A stretch of 64,000 nucleotides of DNA from the human T2T-CHM13v2.0 reference genome, Homo sapiens: assembly GCF_009914755.1 (NCBI RefSeq), contig NC_060925.1. The stretch is one strand, 5' to 3'. Shown piece by piece: positions 18,251 through 29,594 of this stretch (position 1 is the first letter of the stretch; each line of letters opens with the position of its first letter). Both the position numbers and the translations under genes were made by a program. The notes beneath the pieces are model-generated. The model was not told the origin of the DNA. It was given only the letters and a program-made list of their open reading frames with translations, and ran no database searches.

Positions 18251-21200
18251 TGGGAAAGAGGAGGGTTTTCAGTTTGTTTCCATTTATAGTTTGAATATTT
18301 TAACTTTATAAATAAATTAATGTCTTAAAAGTGTCAGTGGGGTCTCTGGGCCAGAAGATTTGGGGGCTTTTGTTGGGTTGGTTTGTATTTTGTATCACTA
18401 TTTAAAAAGAAAAAAAAGACTAAACCAATAATAACATGCTTTGAAGAAACTCAGTCTTTTAGAAGTCATTCCAATCAGTATTAGTTTTTAGTAGAAGTTC
18501 AATTAAAAAGTATTTATTGACAGAAAGAAGAATGAGCACAAGCCTTCAGGTCAAGTAGACCTGGATTTGGATTCACTATTTACAAACTACATAATCTTGT
18601 TAAACCTTTGTTTCCTTGATTTGGTAAGGGAGCTAATCATTCCAGACACACTCAGGTACTTTCTGGTACTTAAGTGAGCTACTGTGTACATAAAGTACCC
18701 AGCACAAAATCTGGCATTTGATGGGTTCTCAATAATGGTACCTATGATCATTTTTATTATGTGCAAGTTGCTGCTCTGGTTGCTGGTTTAAAACTGGTTA
18801 GAACCAAGATGCTGGTTAAAATTGGTGATTAAATTCAGGTTGGTATTAGGATTAATAGTCAGAGCCTATAATAGATTAGGATTAGGACTGAAATTACAAT
18901 TCAATTAAGGTTACAATTGTAATGCATACAGGGGTTATTATTAAGGTTGGTGTTAATTAAAACTGGATAATAGAAGTAAGAAGCAGTATGAGGAGTACTG
19001 GTTTAGCTGGGTAGAAAATTGAAGAGGAAAGCAATGTGGAAACCTATGTAGAATTTACTGATACAGAAAACTCATAGAGGAGAAAAAAGGGTTAGAGTAC
19101 AAAGCAGAATCTGAATGGATATTAAGCCTTCTTAATTTTTTTCCCTACAGGTGCTGTCATCTTCTCCCTGATGAATATGTAAAATTCACCCACTCAGGCT
19201 GAGTTCTTTCCCTTTTCCCTCCCGGGCAGGAGCAGCATGGGGAAAGGAATGCCCAGTGCCCACACAGCTGCGTTTAGTCCAGCACCAGTGCCAGCATCAC
19301 ATTCCACACCCCCAGCTACCCAGGCTGTTGCTGAGTGGACAGGGGCACCTAGGAGGCAAAACCCGCCTTCTCTTCCCTCCCCTTCCCTGCTTCCTCAGAT
19401 TTTCACTGTAGCTACCAGCTTTGTAATCCCACAGACAACCTACTCCAGACTTTGTGCACGTCTCTGGGAAATGCATATTGTATGTCACAGCGTTCAGAGT
19501 GGAAAGTAACCATAGAGATCACAATCCAACATGGATACTTTTATTTTACCTATTTTCATGATGGGGTTCATCCTTGTAGGTCAATCTTTCTTTGTAAAAC
19601 TATATTCCTAGTGAGTACGGTGGGCACCTGTAGGATGCTGGGTGCACATGTAAAAAGGGCATTAGAATGACTACAGGCAAGAAGTTATTCCAAATGCTAA
19701 CATCCACATCAGTAGGAGAAACTACCCTTTCACTCTGAAATATGCAAGGGTGAGGAATTCCTCAAATTGGACACCGCTCCAGAGTTTTGGGAATGATTCC
19801 TCTTATCCTTCCTGCCTCCAAGGGTACTATCTCCCATTCCCCACCCAGTGGTGGCAACCCTTCTACCAGCTAGCCGTATGAACACAGAAAGTCATTTAGC
19901 TTCTCTGAGTTTCATTTTCCTCATCTGTTCAACAAGCGGTATTAATTAGATAATCTTGAAGGTCCCATACAACTCTAACATTCTTTTATTCTATAATTCT
20001 AAAAGCCAGTGACTGTTTCCTATTCCCAGGACTTAAACTGTTGCCAAACTGATGCTGATGATGCAGAAAGGAGAAGAGGAGCCAGTAGGAAAAGAGCATT
20101 CCAGAGTCTCATTTGCTAACTCTTAATACTCTCTCCAAAACAGCTTTCCTCCTTACCTCTCACCCTTGGTTCTTGTCCCATGCAGTTACAGTAGAGAGTA
20201 GGGCCAGACCAGCAAGTATTTCAGAATTAAGGGGGTCAGGCAGAAGGGGATCACTGCAGAGCAGCAGATGGAAAAGACAGATTAATTAGAAGACTATGAG
20301 ACCTAATCCTACATCCTGCCCTCCCTATCCCACCCATCCCCACTCTCACTCCCCTACCCCTGCATTAACCTGTTCTCTCTTAAGCCCACTTAGATGATCT
20401 CTAAGATGTCTTCTAGCTGCAAAGATAATACTCTTTATCCACTAAGACGCTTTAACTAGGGTAGTCTGATCTTTCTCTTCTGAAGCTGATTTGTTTTGAA
20501 AACACCCACATTACTGCCTGCTCTCTGCATAACTAACTTCATGCCAACATGGCCCCACCTCTGTGGGAAAGTTCAATCTTTCCTATATCTCTCCCCCACT
20601 CCCTAGCCCAGCCTCTTCTCTCTCTTACATCCAGGTTTCCACACCCCTCAAATATAGTACCCCCTTTATTTTCACTTTTTGGAGATTCCAAGATATCAAC
20701 AAACCCTAGGAGACAGAATGGTCTGGAGTCACTGAGATATATCAAGTCAGGCAAGTCAGACAGCCAAAGATGGTCAACACTTCCCTGCAAGAAAATCTTA
20801 ACTATCCAGGCACTCAAGAAATGTCCAAGAGGCAGGCAGAACTCTTCTCCCAGAAACCATCAACTCTAACAACCCTAAGAGAAAAACTGTGGGGCAGCAT
20901 CCTGACAATCCAGAAGGATTTCCCTGGGGAATATTTCCCCTGACCTCTCCATCATTGCTTGTAATTTATATAGGACTTTACTGGTAACCAAGTACTTTCC
21001 ACACCCCTGCCCGTGAGTTTCTGGGTGACAGAGACATTAACTACATCACAGAGGGCTGAAAAACTCTGTTTTCAAGAAGGAAAGATTACCCAAACATTAA
21101 GGATTAGCCCAGTGAGACAGTCATTAGCAGACAAAGAGAGCTGGTCTAAGAGTTAGAAGACATGCACCCAAATCCCTCATCTAGGGATAAAATATTAGCC

Positions 21201-21932
21201 TCACAGGATTGGAAGACACTTTAAAATCATATTGTTGCACATCCCAGCCAACACTTGTGTCTTCTACTATTAACTGTCAGTGTAACCTTGGTTCAGTTAG
21301 CCTCCTTTGAGCCTCAGTTGTACCTATATAATTAAGGGGTTGGAATAGACATTTTCTAAGAATTCTTAGATATCTAATATCATTTTATTCTAGAATTCTA
21401 ACATTTAGAAATGTATTTCCAAAAGCTAAGTTTCAGTAAAACTGATTTAGAAAGATCCCTTTCTGAGATATATCAAGACTCGGAGATACTCAGTCACAAA
21501 GAATGGCAAACACCAGGGACTTGGGACACTTAAGCCAAGACCAAGTACAAACACCCTGCATCTCTCATCTTGTTATATCTGGCCTCAGGAATGACAGCAG
21601 CTTTGGTCACAGACGCAGGGGTCCTTGGAGGGTTTCTAGATCAGACTCTTCATCCATGAACCTTACTAACTCAAACTTGAGATGGGCGAGATCTGCAAAA
21701 GAACAAGAAAGAAGAAAACGTATTGGAGAAAGGGACCGGGGGTTAAAGAGATGTAATAGGGAGGGTTAAGAAAGAAAACGACTGAGTTGCTTTGTTAGGC
21801 TGCCAGATTGGGCAAGAGTCTGGGGTGAAATCATGTTTTCAGAGGGTGAGTTATTTCCTTGACATGAGATTGAGGGAGACATTGGTTCCCAAGGCCTGGG
21901 AGTTTGTTGGAAAATGCCTTTCAAGGGAGATT

Positions 21933-22246
21933 GCCTGGGGCCACGAATTGTTGCTGGACAGATAACTATGGGCTCTTGGGTAAGAGGAATCAGGGATGTT
22001 AGGGTTTAGGAAAATGATGAGAGTTAGCAATTATCCACTGGACAGGTGTCCCTGGGTACACTGTTGATAGGGGGACCCCAGGGCTTAAGGCCAGGGGCCA
22101 CAAATTGTTGCTGGACAGATAACTATGGGCTCTTGGGTAAGAGGAATTAGGGATGTTAGCGTTTAGGAGAAGGCTGAGAGTTAGTAGTTATCCACTGGAG
22201 AGATGTCCCTGGGTACATGGTTGGTGGGGGACCCCAGGGCTTAAGG
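21933..22246. repeat. Tandem duplication, 2 x ~157 bp, roughly 88% identical, just upstream of the CADM3 promoter
   Basis: ggggccac(g/a)aattgttgctggacagataactatgggctcttgggtaagaggaat...accccagggcttaagg occurs at 21933-22089 and 22090-22246. Confidence 0.95.
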
Positions 22247-22797
22247 GGATCCCCAGTTGCCAAAGGATGGAGGGCGGAGCTGGAGGACCTCAGGCTAGTG
22301 AGCACGCCCTTGCCCAGGCCTGCAGTGGCTGCACTCGCCAGCTGGCCCATGGCCCTGTCCGACTCCCCTCCCTCCACCCCAAGCCTAAGAGGGGTGAGCG
22401 CAGGGTCCCACTGCTGAGCCAGCTCCCTCCCTCTGATCCACACCCGAGCCCGGCTGGCCGAGCTCCCGGGGGAGAGGGTGGAAGGCACCACGAAGGCAAG
22501 GAGGGGGTGTGGGAGGCGGGGGGTGTGGGGAATGCGGCAGCCTGGCCCCCCCGCGACCAGCCCAGCCCCCCGCCAAACCCCCTCCACCTCCAACCAAATG
22601 GTTTGCTCCGAGCGCCCTATTTAATCCCCGCGACTGCAGCAGCGCCGGCTCCCTCCCGGTCCCCACCTCGGCCCCGGGCTCCGAAGCGGCTCGGGGGCGC
22701 CCTTTCGGTCAACATCGTAGTCCACCCCCTCCCCATCCCCAGCCCCCGGGGATTCAGGCTCGCCAGCGCCCAGCCAGGGAGCCGGCCGGGAAGCGCG

Positions 22798-22885
22798 ATG
22801 GGGGCCCCAGCCGCCTCGCTCCTGCTCCTGCTCCTGCTGTTCGCCTGCTGCTGGGCGCCCGGCGGGGCCAACCTCTCCCAGGACG
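22798..22885 (+). CDS. CADM3: CADM3 exon 1: signal peptide MGAPAASLLLLLLLFACCWAPGGANLSQD
   Basis: gcgATGG start; donor G|GTGAGT at 22886. Confidence 0.97.
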
Positions 22886-23019
22886 GTGAGTGAGGGAGGG
22901 GGCGGCGCCTGGGGAGGTGGGGAGTGACCCGAGGCGGGGGCTGGGATCGGGAGTCTCGCGGAAGGAGCCTGTTGGCTTTGTTTGGAACCGGGGTTAAAGT
23001 CACCAGCCGCTGCTAATAC

Positions 23020-23340
23020 CCTTGTGTCTGTCTCTGAGCATCCGTGTCTCTGTGGACTGTGGGTGTGCCGGTGTGTGCACCCTTCTGTGTACACCACTGA
23101 GCGTGTGTCTGCGTGTGCACCGGGGTTTGGCTCTCGGGGCTGATGTCCGTTAGGAGCAGCCCGGGGTCTGGATGTGTTGCTGTCCGTGTGCGCGCGCGTC
23201 TGTGTTGGTGTCTGGCTCTGCGTTTCTGTGTCAGTATCTGTGTGTATGTCTGTGTCAGTGTGTGTTGGGGGCGGAGTGAGATTTGTCGCTGTTTCAGTCA
23301 GGGCGTGTGTCGGGTGTTTGTGTATGTATGTCTGTAGGGG
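23020..23340. repeat. Degenerate (GT)-rich low-complexity tract at the start of intron 1, including cgtgtgcgcgcgcgt at 23185-23199
   Basis: Directly visible. Confidence 0.85.
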
Positions 23341-26196
23341 TTGGGTAGCCAGTGCAATCCCCCAAACTGCTGTATGCAAACATTTCTGCTCCCCCGCCCG
23401 TCCCCCACCACCCGCGGCGCAGCTCCGAGTGGGCAGAGAAGGGGGCCTGGGTGAGGCTGCTGAAGGGGGCGTGGGCAAAGAAGAGGGCCCTTATCCTTGG
23501 AGCAAAACAACAACACAGGGCGGAGGGGGCCCAGGATGGCAATATCCCTGGCAGTGGTAGAAGCTGGGAAAAGAAATCCGACAGGAGCAGAGGCGGGGTG
23601 GGGGTAGGGGGGAGCGCAAAAGAAAGAATCAAGATATTTGGGGAGGAGGATGCATGAGAAACCCAAAGCTTTCCTGGGCTAAGCACTGATTTTCCCAAAT
23701 TTGGGATGGGGTAGCATACCTAGCCCCTTTGCCCCAGTCTGGAACTCAAACCTTCGCTGGTTCCTAATGGTAGAGAGATGAAGGAAGGGAGTCGGGGGAG
23801 AAAGGAGGCGGGGCCAGGGGTGAGGGGACTTGGGGAAGAGCCCCTCCCGCCCTGGGCCGGGCTATGTAGGTCAGCGCTGTGGGGGCACCTCAGCTTTCTT
23901 AAAGGCTACTAACGGTTAGTGGGATGCCAGAGGGGCAGCCTGTAGGGAAACCCGGAAGGGGTCCACAGCTCCGAGCCTCAGGTCCCTGAGGAGGGAGGGC
24001 AGGCTGTGAAGAGACTGAAGGAATGCATCCTCCTCCCCCCACCGCCCTGTCGGAAGAGGAGGAGGGCTGGGATGGAGGAAGGGGGAGAGGGAACAGGACC
24101 TCTGTGGAGCAAAGGGAAGTGGGGAGAGTGAAGGGGGAGGGTGGTGGCTATGCCCGGCCAGATGCCAACGAAAAACAGAAAGAACCGCAGGGGAGGAGAA
24201 AGGGGAGGTGGCTCCTGGGCGATGGACCCAGTGGCCAGCAGGGATGGGCACAGGGCGGGGCGGGGGTGGAGAGGGGAGGGGTTGAAACTGGGAAGGATGA
24301 TGTAGAGAATTTCATCTGAGGAAAACAGGCGAAGAGCCAGGGTGCTGGAGGAATAATCGCTCCACCTCGCCTGACCTCCCCCATCCCTGTCTCCATCGTG
24401 ATAAAGGAGCTTCCCCTGGTATGGGGACCCTGGGGATCCCCTCCCTATAGTTGGCTGGCTGGCTTACTCCTTCTGCCCTCTACCCATCAAACTCCCCAAA
24501 GGGAGTTCCCGCCCTAGTCACCACAGAGACAGCAGCCTCTCCTTTCCCCTACGTGGAATCCCCTTCCCCAGAGGACTGCACTGATGACCCCACTCACTGA
24601 GGAGCTGAAGGGAGTCCTTGGGGAGAGCAGGCTAAGTGCACGACAGAGAGGCTGCTGGGTGTTTGTGCTTCATTAATGACCCTGCTACTAGGCCTTGACT
24701 TTCAACTGCAGCCCCTGGCCTTCCTAACCTGCTGAGTTTTATGACGAGAGGCAAATATGATCCAAACTGCAACTGTTCAGCAATGGGAACTGATGGTGCT
24801 AGGCTGGGCCCCAAAAAGAGAGAAAGACGTCATCCAGAAAGCTGTGAGCTCTTCTACTCTAAGATGTAAAAAAAAACTATAGACTAGAGTAAATCAGTAT
24901 ACTAGCCAAGTCTTTCTTCACCAACTACACTCTTCTTTCTTGGTCCTCAAACTGGGGGTTCAGCCCCTATTCAGGCTTAAAGTTGAGAGGAAGAGAAATG
25001 TTACATCCTCATATTTAGAAATATGCTTCAGAGCAGTGGCCTGAGAGAAACAGTGGAAAGCAGTAACTTCTGAATGGGGAATTTCTAGAGAAGAGGTGGG
25101 GAAGTGGGAGATGAACAGGAGGGGTCTGTTTCCAAAGAAGAGTCAAACCAAGCATCATTTTCCTTGAAGAGCATTATCTTTACAGATAATGGACATCTGT
25201 CTGGTGTGCAGTATCTCAGGACACACTGATGCATGAGACATAACCACCATATCTTCTGTCTTAAATTAATTCTATCTTTTAGTTTCTGGATCTAAGAAGG
25301 CCAGTGCTGATGGTGGGAGGTAAATGCATAGATTTAATGCTCACGGACAGTAATCCTGAAGACTATTTTGCACACAATCATGGACATGTGTTTCGTACCC
25401 CTGAGTTGGCCTGGGGCCCCTAGGAAGAGAACTAGGCAATATGTATATGTATCTTAACTGGTAATGTTTGACCAAAACTATGAGAGATGTGGTGGGAAGG
25501 TTTAAGGACAAGATACTCTTATGGTGATGTTTGAATTGTCAAGGGTGTTGTGGTAGCATACCTATTCCCATTTAAAATAAGGAAAACAAACTTAATGTGC
25601 TGCTGGGGCATATCATTCCCTGGAGCACAGCATAAATTTTTTAAGCTTCATAAGGCTGAACAGGGATTGAGAGGGCAAGCAGCTGATAACTAAGACTGGC
25701 CATGAGTGTTGTGGCTAGAAGTTCAGGAACAGGTAAGACATTTAGAATGTCCCATCTGCCCTTCCTTCTCACATTTCCCCACTAGTTTTCACAGTGGTTG
25801 ACAATTCTGGGTTTGGAGGACACAAGTCCTGTGAACTTAATGTGTCCTCTCTCTGGTGAGCAGCTCAATATTCAACACTGTGACCAGCTTTCTTGGGCTC
25901 TTCCTTCTGAAGTTATTTCCAGCACTCTGTGACTTGGCCTAGGGTAAAGATAGATAGACGGATAGCCTCTCTTTGTTTCAGATAAGGTTATAGCAATTTA
26001 ACCTTGTACTGCACTGCCCCACACATGAACATCTATTTCTTCTCAATGACCTCTGTCCACTACCATTCATTCTACAGCCCCCTGGCCAGATGCCCAGTGA
26101 GGACATCATGCCCAATGTGCCACAGAAGTCCAGCAGGCATTCACTCTAGTGCTGTCCACAGATCTGTTTGGCAGATCAACTCCATCCAGTTTCTGT

Positions 26197-26260
26197 TCCT
26201 AGTTGCAGCTGTAACTGTTCTGTTGCTGTTCCTGTTCTCCTCCTAGTTGCAGCTGTAACT
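26197..26260. repeat. 20-bp direct repeat tcctagttgcagctgtaact, two copies
   Basis: Copies at 26197-26216 and 26241-26260. Confidence 0.9.
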
Positions 26261-28953
26261 CTTGGGAAGGATATGCTCTCCTTTTAGACATGTGCATTTT
26301 CTGGCACAGAAAAGTTAAGACCATCACAGAGACACTTGCATAGCAGAGTTTAGTTAATTCCATGAAGAATCAGTGTGTTTCATGTAGGTCCTAATGTATG
26401 TAACGTCAACTGCCTACCCAGCAGTTATGCCATTCTATTCTAAGCTTCTCCATAGATCTGGATAGCACTGTTAGTTTTAATAGTTTCCTCTAGGGCAGCA
26501 GTTTTCTCATTTGTTTTTAAAACAAAGATGTGAGACATTTTTAACAAATGAGGAAAACATATCAAAGGAGAATGCTGTTGTTGAAATGGTGAAGTAAGAC
26601 CTATATCCCTTTTCCCTGTCTTACTGGCTTTTACACATTCTTATAATCCTTAAGGAACTACCTGGGGTTCTACCACACAGTTCAAAATCCTCTGTCCTAG
26701 ACTGATAGAATGAGCCAGCTTACTACCCTTAGGCTCTTTCTCTTTCCTCTTCCAACTGAAGAAGAAAGAAGGTCCAAATCTAATTGCAAGAGTGCCTTGT
26801 TGGAGATATTCACTATTCACTTGGAGAGAGTGACTCATAGTTCTGCAGCCATAAAATTCCAGAGACAGCATCGCTTTGGCGTTCTGGTTACTTTGAAATA
26901 ACAAACTGAGAGGTTGTGCCATTGCTCTGTAAATTCTTAGATTTGATTTTGGTACTTCTTGATGTTACTACTTTCTTGCAGTCCAAATAATATGTAAAAC
27001 AGGATCAAAAGTTTATTTTCCTTAAATCACTTGGTAGGAAAAAATATCACCAGAGAAAGAAAACCCCTGGGGCTGTGACTAGTCTTATTCTTTGTTGTTT
27101 CCTACTCCAGTGGAACTGCATACTGGCTCAACAATCCCTTTTTTGTCATCTAATTCTCAGTAATGGAATTTTACCTAAGGATGGTGATCTAGGTTCCAGA
27201 TTCTTGTTGAAAGCAAGCTGTGGATTGGACCAGCTACTTACTGACTACTGAGTGAAAAATTCAAAGTTATTATAAAGTTTTGGTAATTATATTTTCTTTT
27301 ATTTTTCATGTTAGAATGTAATGTTTCATGTTTAACACTGACTATAGGCCCATGTACTAGAACATTTTGTTTCCTGTATGGGGTCTTGTTTTAGAGGTCC
27401 ACCCTTAATCTCTGAGAATAGCAATCCCCATGGAAATGCTTACAAAAGACAGAGAGAAACAAACCATCAGAAAAGGACCCTGGAGAAGCAAGCCATCAGA
27501 AAAAGATTCTGTTTCTAAGAACTTGCTCCGATTAAGTATAAATACTTCATGTCATCATAAAATGAAGAAGAACAAGTTTCCAGGGCTAGAGACCTGTTTC
27601 TGCCTCTGGGATCAGCAGTAGTGATGATTTTTTACAAGGTCAGAACCAGCTGGTGCCCAGGGCTCCAATAACTACCCAAGTAAAAACCCAGTCCAATTCT
27701 GTTATATATGACAAGAAGATCCATCCCTTCTAGTACAGAGAAGTCGAGCTCTCAAGAGGCTTGAACGCATGAATCTGTTGAGATTTTTACACAATAGAAG
27801 CTAAGATGCTAAGAAGTAAAGGTACATATTCTTCACTGAAGCAGCAACTACTAAAGAATCATTTCTTTCTTTACCAAAATTTTCCTAAGCCTTAAGGCCG
27901 TCATCAAATTCCTCAACTAACAGAGAAACTTATAAATCCTGAGAACAATACTCTTCTTAAGAGGCATGATTCCATACCTCTCTTCTAGTGTGATTGTCTG
28001 AACTACTTACAGCAATTTTGGATACATTGGGACATTCTGAGTCTGATACGTCTCATACCCTACCTGACGAAAATACATATTTTGACTTTCTTGCATCCTA
28101 CTGTCTCTGAGGGGGCACAGGCTCTCTGTTCCCTCTTTAGAAGATAGGCCTAATTTTACTCACGGTAAGTTGTAGCACTTTAAAAGCCCCTCCATCACCA
28201 CTAATATCTAGGTATTTAACATAATCACAGAAGATCATGTTGACAAACTGAGTCTGGTGGTGGTCCTCATTTTTCAGCACAGTCTCTTGACTGTGTATCA
28301 ACCAGACAGGTTCAAATAAAGCACTTCAGGAGGCCTTATAGAGCAAGTGATGAGCGTAGAGTGATCCTAATAGAAGCCATGATGTCTGTTCTTTTAGTTC
28401 CTGTGCTTGAGAGCTGGCTGCCTTACCCCGTGATCCCAGTTCCCCTGTTCTTTATGGAGCAAACTATTATACCTGTGCTTTGAGCTCTCCATGGTGCTAG
28501 CCCCTGACAGTGACACTCCAGGCTTTTCTTGTTGCTCTCCATGGTCCTGTTTTACCTCCAAGTTTCATAATCTCCTTATTCTCCACAGTGCAGTCCCCAG
28601 AACAGGGCTGAAATCTCCCTCCCTGCCACCACAAACACACAGGTTCTTGGTTATGCTCCCCGACCTGTTCCACCACAAACACATGACAAAACTCTGAGAT
28701 ATAGATCTAGAAAGTCCTCACAGCCATCTGATCAACTGCAGAAAGGGAACAGAAGGGCAAGCAATTCTTAGGTTAAAAAAGAAGTGCTAGAAGGTTTTTG
28801 TAAGATGCTCAGGAAATTGTGGCCTACAGTGACCTCAAATGGCCTCAAAAGAACTGAATGTTTTGTCATATCTGGATTCATAGATTAAAAATACAACTAT
28901 ATATAGTTCTGTTTTAGATTGAGATAGTATTGCTCTTATATGATAACAATATA

Positions 28954-29285
28954 CAGTTGTACTTTGGTATCCATGAAGGATTGGTTCCAGGACCTCCCAC
29001 AGATACTAAAATCTGCAGATGCACAAGTCCTTGATATCAAATGGAGTGGCATTTGCATATAACCTATGCACATTCTCCTGTATACTTCGTTATCTCTAGA
29101 TTACTTATAATACCATATACAATCTAAATGCTATGTAAATAGTTGTTTTACTGTATTGTTTAGGCAATAACGACAGGGGAAAATGTCTATACAAGTTTAG
29201 TACTGGCACAGCTTTTAAAAATATTTTCAATCTGCAATTGATTGAATCTATGGAGGTGGAACCCATGTATATGCAGGATTGACTG
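28954..29285 (+). mobile_element. MER2 (TcMar-Tigger) MITE
   Basis: CAGT...ACTG termini flanked by TA; body ggattggttccaggacctccc..., atttgcatataacctatgcacat, ctagattacttataatacc. Confidence 0.9.
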
Positions 29286-29504
29286 TATACACTATAAGTG
29301 TGGAATGTAAAATGAATCCTACCCAGTTTATAAACATGTACCTCTTAATAGCACTCTGAGCATGACAACCAACTCTAACTTTCCTGTCATGGTGCTTTTT
29401 TACCCTTTTCCCTCAACCTTAGCAAAGACAATACATAACAATGGGTTATCAGAATAGATAATGGAGGAATCCAGTAAATGAGAGGCATAGAAAGCAAGTA
29501 TCAA

Positions 29505-29594
29505 GTGTACATCCATACCGTCCTGAACGCACCGGCTCTTGTCTGATCTCGGAAGCTAAGCAGGGTTAGGCCTGGTTAGTACATGTATAGGAGA
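29505..29594 (+). pseudogene. RNA5SP60: 5S rRNA retropseudogene, 3'-truncated (nt ~1-90 of 5S)
   Basis: gtgtacatccataccgtcctgaacgcaccggctcttgtctgatctcggaagctaagcagggttaggcctggttagtacatgtataggaga aligns to human 5S (GTCTACGGCCATACCACCCTGAACGCGCCCGATCTCGTCTGATCTCGGAAGCTAAGCAGGGTCGGGCCTGGTTAGTACTTGGATGGGAGA). The symbol is from memory of the locus and should be verified. Confidence 0.92.

Larger units (their letters stand above)
22440..23430 (+). promoter_or_regulatory. CADM3: CADM3 CpG-island promoter, 5'UTR and start of intron 1; TATA-like CTATTTAAT at ~22617-22625; G-run tract 22501-22530
   Basis: High GC and CpG density surrounding exon 1; TATTTAA about 180 nt upstream of the ATG. Confidence 0.85.

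Noticed and set aside
22153-23698. Long ORFs on both strands over the CADM3 promoter (246, 285, 145, 134 aa and others)
   Set aside because: Expected in a GC-rich, stop-poor CpG island and GT-repeat tract; only the last 29-30 codons of the 246-aa ORF are real (exon 1).
29505-29594. Functional 5S rRNA gene
   Set aside because: Lacks the last ~30 nt and the terminator, has many substitutions, and is a solitary TSD-flanked copy.
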